DNA of 64,000 nt from Prasinococcaceae sp. CCMP 1430. Taxonomy: Eukaryota > Plantae > Prasinodermophyta. The notes under the pieces are model-generated. The model saw nothing but the letters and a program-made list of their open reading frames with translations, was not told the DNA's origin and made no database searches. This document shows, piece after piece, positions 57,034 through 64,000 of the stretch (position 1 is its first letter; each line of letters opens with the position of its first letter). Location of the stretch: assembly GCA_013416795.1 (NCBI GenBank), contig RQSC01000027.1, forward strand, positions 525,165-589,164, given 5' to 3'. Position numbers and translations under genes: made by a program.

Positions 57034-58186
57034 CCGGGCCTTCGTCGGAGCGCGCGCGCGCGCGCGCTCGCCCGCGTTTGTCTATCTGTTTGATTGTGTT
57101 GCGCGTTCGCGCGTGCGTGTGCGTGTTTTCGGTGCGTTTGGCGTTCCGCTGTGCGTCGTGATGACCCCGTTTCGTTTCATCGCCGCGGCCGGCCGTGCGC
57201 GCGCGCGGCGCCGCGCGCTATTTCTGTTTTTGGTTTGGTTTGGTTTGGTTTTTCCTTTTTCCACGAGGTTTTCGGGATGCGGGTATTTTGCGCGAGACGA
57301 CCGCGCTTTCGGGCGGGTGAGGGTGCCCGCGCGGGGTGAGCGGCGCGTTCGCCGGCGCGCATTTCGGCGCGCGCGGCGTCCCGTACGTCGCCACCGCCCC
57401 GGCCGGGCGACCCCCACCTGCTGCGGCGGCCAGGCGGGGAACGGCGCCCGCGCGACGAAATCCGTGCAAAACATAAACCCTATAGCAAAAAATCAACCCC
57501 AATAGATCCAAACCTCAACGCCGATTGTGTGTGTTCTTCCTGCTGCGAGTGCGCCGCCGCGGCCACACTGCGCTCCCTGTGCGCGGCGCCGCGCGGGCGC
57601 GCGGACCGCGAGCGCAGGGCGGGGTTGGCGGGCGGGGGCCCAAGTGCGGCGCCGCGCGCGCGCGTGGCGCTGCAAACGCGCGAAGGGGGGGCGAAAGGAA
57701 GACCGGGGTTGGGTGGGGGGGGTGAGGCGGAAGAGGGAGCGGTGCCTCGCGGGCGCGCCGGGAAGGCGCGGCGAATGCCCGGCGCGCCCGGGTACCAACC
57801 TCCGCGATCGGCCCTGTCGCGCGCTCGCGCCGCTGCGAGCGCGACAAGAGGGTGGGAGGGAGAGCGCCAGGCGTGCGCGAAGGGGGGCGCCTGCGCGCGG
57901 GCTTTCCCGCCGCTTTTTCTCCGTTGGGCCGCGTGCAAGGCTGCGGGCTTGTGCCGCGATAGCAGGGAACGCGCGAGGCGCGCAAGAGAGTAGCACGCGC
58001 GTGCCCACGCGTGCTCCGTACCCACTGCCGGCGCGTGCTCCGCCGTGTGCGCGCGTGGCTCCTCTCCTGCGTGCGCGGCACGTGCCTGCGCTGACATGCT
58101 GACCCGCGCGCGTCACGTCTGCCCTGCGGCCGCTCGTCTGCACGGCGCGGGGCGCCCCGGACGCGCCTGTTGCCGGCGCCATACAG

Positions 58187-58748
58187 GCTCATGTCGGACT
58201 ACAAGGTTGAGACGATTGGCGACAGCGCGTGTGAGTTCAACGTCGAGTTTCACGGACCGAAGGACTCGCCGTACGAAGGAGGCGTGTGGAGGGTACATGT
58301 CGAGCTGCCAGGCGAGTACCCGTACAAATCGCCCTCGATCGGCTTCGTCAACCGCATCTATCACCCAAACGTCGACGAGCTCGCGGGTTCGGTCTGCCTG
58401 GACGTCATCAACCAGACGTGGAGCCCGATGTTCGATCTCATTAATGTCTTCGAAGTCTTCCTGCCGCAGCTACTGCTCTACCCAAACCCTACAGACCCGC
58501 TCAATGGAGAGGCGGCCGCGATGCTCATGCGCGAGCCCGAGGCGTACAAAGCGAAGGTCAAGGACTACGTCGACCGCTACGCCACGCCACAGCTGGCGGC
58601 GCGTGCCGGCGCGACTCCTGGAGGTGACGCTGCGGCAGGGGCCGCCAGCGGGGATGAGGACGGCATGGACGAGGAGGAGGACGCGCTTTCCGAACTGAGC
58701 GACGATGACGACGACGAGCTCGTCGGCAACCTCGACGACCTGGAATGA
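58187..58748 (+). CDS. UBE2H: Ubiquitin-conjugating enzyme E2 H (UBC8 / plant UBC4-6 class), main exon
   Basis: 'LMSDYKVE', '[10 protein letters not shown]', '[26 protein letters not shown]', and an acidic tail. Acceptor AG at 58185-58186. TGTAA at 58959. Confidence 0.93.
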
Positions 58749-59078
58749 AGGGACGCGCGCCAATGGCAGGCATGCGCTTGCCTATCCGCAGAGCTGAGCT
58801 CGGCGTGGCTGCGGGACGCATGAGCCTGGTCGGAGCGGCGCTCGACCGCAGCGGGCGCAGGGCCCGATGCCCACGGCGCAGACCCAAGCTACCATACACT
58901 AAGAAGAACGACAGGGATGCCTCTCAGCAAGCAACGGAGCTGAGGCTGCTGGCCCGCTTGTAACATACCTCATTTAGCCGTGCGTGCAGTCGGGGAACCT
59001 GACTCGGCGGAAGCCAAGGGTGCAGTGTTCGCAACCAAAACCCGCGTATTAAACAATGATGCGAGACTCCGGAGCCTC

Positions 59079-59622
59079 TCAGTGCTTCCAGAGAATGCGC
59101 GCGTCCTTCTCCATGCACTCGAACGCGTCCGACACCAGCGCAGCGTGCCCCACCATCGGAGCCGGCAGCTTGACGCGCACGAACTTGCCATTCCTGCCAT
59201 GGCTCTCGACTTCCACCGCCGATTCCTCGATCAGTATGCCCAGGGACGACAGCGTCTCCACGTACTCGGAGGCAAACTCCCGCCCCCAGTCGATGGCGTC
59301 GTCATCGCCGCCGTCGGCTGGCGGCTTGGCGACGATCTTGAAGGTGTACGGCGCGGGAAAGCGCACGAGAGCTCCCAGTATCTGCGAGTTGTCCCTCTCC
59401 GTGCTGTCCTCGCCAGTCTGGCCGGCGCGGTCGAACGCGCCCCTCAGCGCGTGCACGGCAATGTCAAAGCGCGAGCCGCCGAGCTCGCCGAGCTTGCGCC
59501 CCTGCTCGTCGCGAAGCTCGCCATCCTCGTCTACCGTCAGGCCCGAGAGCTCCGGCGGCAGCTCGGGCTCGGGCGGCGTCTGGCCGGGCGCCTCGCACGC
59601 ACGGCAGCGCGCGCGCCGCGGC
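59079..59622 (-). CDS. DUF493 (YbeD/HP0495-like) protein, 5' end lost in gap
   Basis: 'FPAPYTFKIV' and 'S.G..GKFVRVKL...D.RI'. Confidence 0.65.
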
Positions 59623-59843
59623 NNNNNNNNNNNNNNNNNNNNNNNNNNNNNNNNNNNNNNNNNNNNNNNNNNNNNNNNNNNNNNNNNNNNNNNNNNNNNN
59701 NNNNNNNNNNNNNNNNNNNNNNNNNNNNNNNNNNNNNNNNNNNNNNNNNNNNNNNNNNNNNNNNNNNNNNNNNNNNNNNNNNNNNNNNNNNNNNNNNNNN
59801 NNNNNNNNNNNNNNNNNNNNNNNNNNNNNNNNNNNNNNNNNNN
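59623..59843. other. Assembly gap
   Basis: Run of N. Confidence 1.
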
Positions 59844-59952
59844 NCTCGTCGCGACGGAGTTTGGCCGCACTGCGGCGGTCAATGGCACCAACGGGACCGA
59901 CCATGGCACTGCCAGTTCCGCGCTGATCATCGGCGGCGGGGTGCGCGGCGGC
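59844..59952 (+). other. Bacterial-type DUF1501 coding fragment at gap edge
   Basis: LVATEFGRTAAVNGTNGTDHGTASSALIIGGGVRGG matches the DUF1501 'EFGRT...NG..GTDHG......GG.V.GG' signature. Confidence 0.75.
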
Positions 59953-59986
59953 GGCGGGGTGTGCGCGGCGGCTGCCGAACGCCTCG

Positions 59987-60925
59987 ATGGCGTCGGCTGT
60001 CGCGCCCGCCTCCGACCACGAGCTGTTCTCGGCGTCCGTGAAGATCGAGAGCAAGATCTTCTACCTGGACCTCAAGCAGGGCGCAGGCACCACCTACCTG
60101 AAGCTGAGCGAGCGGAGCGCCCAGGGCCGCGCCACGCTCGTCGTGCCGGCTGACTGGGTCCCCTATTTCACCAGCGTGGTCACCAATTACGTGGCGAGCG
60201 CCGATGAGGGCAACGGCAGCGCCGTGGAGGGTGGGGGGCTCGCACCCCGAGACCTGCAGCTGGACTCTGGCAAAACCTTTCACTTCGAGGTGGGGAGCAA
60301 TGCGCGCGGCGAGTTCCTGAGCATTGCTGAGGCAGGTGCCGCTACGCCGCGCGGGCGCGCCAAGGTCATCGTGCCGCGAGGTGGGGCTGGGCGTGATGGA
60401 TGGAGGGCGCTTGCGTCCGAATTGGCCCGCGTAAACAATAAGCTGCAGGAGGTGACGCCACAGGCAGGGGGGGCGCACCAGCAGGGGCAGTTCCAGCAGG
60501 CGCTGCAAGCCCCGCAACAGCCCACGGTGAGGCAGGTGCGCGTTCAGGGACAAACGCAGGGCCAGGATGGCGGCGACAGAAATAGCATGCTCGTAGTAGC
60601 AGACCGCAAGAAATTCTTCTTTGACATGGCTGCGAACGACCGCGGCTCGTACCTGAAGATATCCGAGGTGCATGGCCCGCAGCGCTCGTCAATCATCGTG
60701 CCCTCGTCTGCGCTGCCGGAGTTCGCAGAGGCTGTTCAGGCGATGCTCGCCAAGACGCACGACGAGCAAGATGCCTCGCTTTGGGAAGGGCAGCAGGCAG
60801 AGCAGCAAATGCAGCAGCAGACGCAGCAGTTGGGAGCGCACCAGCAGCAGGCACAGCAGCAACACCAAATGTTTTTCGGCGGGCAACAGTATGCATCGCA
60901 GCAGCACGGGTCGCAGCACATGTAG
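59987..60925 (+). CDS. PURA: Pur-alpha single-stranded nucleic-acid-binding protein
   Basis: Three PUR repeats: 'KIFYLDLK....YLKLSE', 'KTFHFEVGSNARGEFLSIAE' and 'KKFFFDM..NDRGSYLKISE...RSSIIVP'. Gln-rich tail. Confidence 0.93.
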   Translation: MASAVAPASDHELFSASVKIESKIFYLDLKQGAGTTYLKLSERSAQGRATLVVPADWVPYFTSVVTNYVASADEGNGSAVEGGGLAPRDLQLDSGKTFHFEVGSNARGEFLSIAEAGAATPRGRAKVIVPRGGAGRDGWRALASELARVNNKLQEVTPQAGGAHQQGQFQQALQAPQQPTVRQVRVQGQTQGQDGGDRNSMLVVADRKKFFFDMAANDRGSYLKISEVHGPQRSSIIVPSSALPEFAEAVQAMLAKTHDEQDASLWEGQQAEQQMQQQTQQLGAHQQQAQQQHQMFFGGQQYASQQHGSQHM

Positions 60926-61043
60926 ATTGCTGTCAAGGGATGAGCTGAGCAGCACGAAGGGGGGAAGCGCTGGAGACCTGTTCTCAGCCATGTTGCGAAC
61001 ATAGTTAAGTCGTGAGACAGCGAGCGTGCACTGGCATCTGGCG

Positions 61044-62510
61044 CTAGCGCTGGCCGCGCCGCCGCGTCGCTCCAGCGTCGCTCCGATTCGCGGCCACAAC
61101 GGCGCGGGGCTTCCAGCGCGCGATGGCCGAATCACTGAAGTCTGGGCTTTGCTCGTTGAGGCTCCCACCCTCCGTGAACTCGTGCTCTGCTCGCGCGCAT
61201 CTGCCCGCCCGCATTGCGGCTGGCTCTGAGACGGCGCCACGCTCGGCAAAGGCGTATGCGGATACCAGCCGCGGCGGCGGGGGGACACCCAGCGCCGTGT
61301 CCTCGTCGCCGAAGAGATGCCATACCATGAGCTCGAAGCACGCCCGTGCTGCGGCAGCATCGTCGCCATCCTCTGCGAGCGTAAAATTGAGTAACGCCTC
61401 GTACATCCGCACCGGATATCGCCTGAGGCGCTCGCCAGGCATCACGAAAGAGGCGCAGCAAGAACCGAGGGGCGGTGGGGTGCGACGCATGACGCCGTGG
61501 GCATTCAGTATGTCGTCGCACCTCTTCGTGCTGGCTCTCAAGGCAGCCTCTCCTGCTTGCTGGTGCTTCGGCGAGCTCGCATCAGCTCGGTCGAGCTCCA
61601 TGTCGTCCTCCCAATCCTTCTCTTGCCCAAGCCTCGGCAGGTCCTGCTTGAGCACATTCGACGGGCTTTCGATCAGGGCCTGCATCCGCGCCCCGGCTTC
61701 GGTCTCATTGGTGGTACCATGTCCGCCTCGCGCTCTGTCCCCGTGCCAGGAGAATGGATCGCTCGCGTGGCCTTCTGGAGAGTCCGTCAGCGTGAGCATA
61801 CTGTCCAGCACGGCCGCTCTATGCGCCCCTGGTGCTCTGTGCGCCTGTGCGACTTCCCGGTAGTAGTATGCGGAGCGAGAGAAGAGCGCGCGGCAGGACG
61901 TGTGGAAGGCGATGCCGCCGTGGCCATGCACGAAGGCGACGACCAGCGGCGGGTCCCCTCCTCTTCGAGCTGCGAAATCCCAAAACGCTGCAGCCTCCTG
62001 CCCTCTGTCGACTGGGAGCACGCGCTCGGAGGCCGCCATATTGCACGCCATCGTCCATTGTCGTGCCGGCATGCGCGCGGCTTTCGGGTCTCGGCGGTAC
62101 CACTCGAAGTGCGCGTTCGTGAGGCCGAGGTCCGCGAGGTGACTCAGCTCGGAAATGGCAGAAGTGTCCGCCACGAACTTATGCGCCGCCACCACAACGG
62201 TGAACTCTCCTGGGGGAAGCGCCGGGGCCTCGCACCTCCACCGGTCGTTCTCGCCTGTGACGAGGTCCAACACCCGCCTGGGCACGGCGTCACGCAGCGC
62301 ATCGGCGCTCAGCGCTACTGCCGGCCCCAGAAACTCACGCGCCGCGCGCGCGGTGCCAACGCGCCATGCTGCGGCGGTCGCCGCCGCCGCGGCGAGCACA
62401 GCGGCGAGCGCCGCGAACACTGCGCGCGCCGTACCCCACCCGGGCCCCTGCGCTGCGTGCTGCGCGCGACGCGCCTCCCACGCTGCGCGCACCTCCCTCG
62501 CGCGCGCCAT
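61044..62510 (-). CDS. DUF3431-like type II membrane protein
   Basis: N-terminal TM, 'GQEAAAFWDF', 'FVHGH', 'CCASFV..ERL...P...Y' and 'FE..WHLFG'. Confidence 0.7.
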   Translation of the reverse strand: MARAREVRAAWEARRAQHAAQGPGWGTARAVFAALAAVLAAAAATAAAWRVGTARAAREFLGPAVALSADALRDAVPRRVLDLVTGENDRWRCEAPALPPGEFTVVVAAHKFVADTSAISELSHLADLGLTNAHFEWYRRDPKAARMPARQWTMACNMAASERVLPVDRGQEAAAFWDFAARRGGDPPLVVAFVHGHGGIAFHTSCRALFSRSAYYYREVAQAHRAPGAHRAAVLDSMLTLTDSPEGHASDPFSWHGDRARGGHGTTNETEAGARMQALIESPSNVLKQDLPRLGQEKDWEDDMELDRADASSPKHQQAGEAALRASTKRCDDILNAHGVMRRTPPPLGSCCASFVMPGERLRRYPVRMYEALLNFTLAEDGDDAAAARACFELMVWHLFGDEDTALGVPPPPRLVSAYAFAERGAVSEPAAMRAGRCARAEHEFTEGGSLNEQSPDFSDSAIARWKPRAVVAANRSDAGATRRRGQR

Positions 62511-63931
62511 CGTGCGCCACCCCCCTCTCTCACGGCCCGCACACGCAGTCAACTTTGCCTCCTGATCACCTCCGCCCCGCCTGCCCTGAACACCCCGCTC
62601 GGCGCGCGCCGCGCGCGTCGCGCGCGTCGCGCTCGCTGTGGCGCCCTCAACCCCCCCCCCCCTCCACCCCCCGGCCGAGGCGCGCGCGCCCGCGCCCGCG
62701 CTGGCTGAAGTCGCGCGCGGCGCGCCCCCCGAGGACGTCTTTTGGGTCCAGACTGACACGCGCCACAGAGGGTTTGCCTCGTAGCTCAGATCGCATTGAT
62801 ATTGATCGGGAGGGTCACCTCATCAGCAGAGGCAGCAGATCAGATCAGATGTGATGATGCCGCATACGCATACGGTTGGTTCCTGCATACATGCGTTTTC
62901 GGGGGCGCGGCGCGTCGCGCGCGCGCGCTTTCAAACCGCTGAAACCGCGGAAGCGCGCGCGAGCGGGCGCGCGCCTCCCCGCTGGGGGGTGGGACGCGCC
63001 GCCCGCGCGCTGTGGCGCGCCGCGCCGCCGCCCGCAACCCTCGCCACCGCGAGCGCAAACGCCCTCCTCTCCTTTCAGGGGCGCATACAATACGCAGGGT
63101 TTAAAATGTCCTTAGTAGATATTCATTGTGATGGCATACATTCTCGCGAAGGGGTTTGGGTTAAGACCCTAAAGTTGACGACGATATCTAGTTGACGACG
63201 AGATAAGGCAGCTAGAAACCTGCGGCGCTGCGCGTAGTCAGTGGCGGCGTGCGGCTCGCACTGCGCCAGAGCGGTGGTGGCGGGCGCACAGGGGAGGGAG
63301 AGGGGGGGGCGGGGGAGACGGCGTGGCGCCGCCGGCGCGCGCCGGCTGGCGCCCGCGCGGCCCAACAGCTGCCGCGGGCACACGAGAGTGTTTGTGCCGT
63401 TTGAACGCTCTGTCTGTTTGATTGAGGAAGAAAAATGCACCTCAGTCACGCATCGGATGGCGCGCCGGACAAAGAAAAATCAGCGCGAGCACTTCGATCG
63501 AAGGTGCGCTGCGAAGAATCGCTTCGCGGCGCGCCGCCATCAAAACCAACGCGCCGTGGCAGATCGGGATCGTGATCAGTCGGCTGCGAGAATAATTTGA
63601 TTTGATCGGATTCGATGCCATGAAAATGATGGGGTTTGGTATCGCGGGAATGAGACGCGGTGCGGTGTGCTCCTTCGCACGCCGCCACGGCGGAGGAGCC
63701 GGGTGAGCGGGCTCGGGCGCTCGGCTGACGACACGTGCGTGTCGCGCGGCGGCAGCAACGGGAGGGCGGAGGAGGAGTGAGCGTCGAGATGCGCCAGGAT
63801 TCGCGGTGGCTCGAAGGGTCGCGAAGACGCGCGCGCGCGCGCCGCCGCGAGCGCGCGGCCGATGCAACGCATTCCCACCATCATTTTCAACGGGCGGCGC
63901 TTCCGACCACTCGTACGCAACCGATTGTACG

Positions 63932-63934
<3 letters not shown>

Positions 63935-64000
<66 letters not shown>
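63935..64000. repeat. (TG)n microsatellite running to the window end
   Basis: At least 33 TG units. Confidence 0.97.

Overview
This is very GC-rich eukaryotic nuclear DNA, not prokaryotic. It is gene-dense, with about 28 protein genes and short GT-AG introns carrying a strong GCTGAC/GCTAAC branch site. ARC5/DRP5B, plastid-type proteins, TGTAA poly(A) signals, telo-box motifs and a four-domain Ca channel point to an early-diverging (prasinophyte-grade) green alga; this is inference. Recognisable genes include FANCI, SF3B1, a HAD-IB hydrolase, an ABA4-like and a DUF2306 protein, an LNR/extensin-like surface protein, a prolyl-4-hydroxylase, ARC5, a LOG-family protein, GH28, DNAAF1, CYB5D1, JMJD5-like, an EEEE Cav channel, a securin/PATRONUS-like protein, LIG4, UBE2H, DUF493, Pur-alpha and DUF3431. 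The assembly is a draft, with N gaps at 8066-8837 and 59623-59843 and single-N joins at 23074 and 50517. The most striking signal is an inverted gene duplication whose left copy has two segments of exactly 55 nt that are mirror-reversed rather than reverse-complemented, most likely an assembler artefact. A bacterial-type DUF1501 fragment sits at a gap edge. I found no CRISPR array, rRNA, tRNA or transposon, and no convincing novel multi-gene system. Family assignments come from recalled motifs, not database searches.
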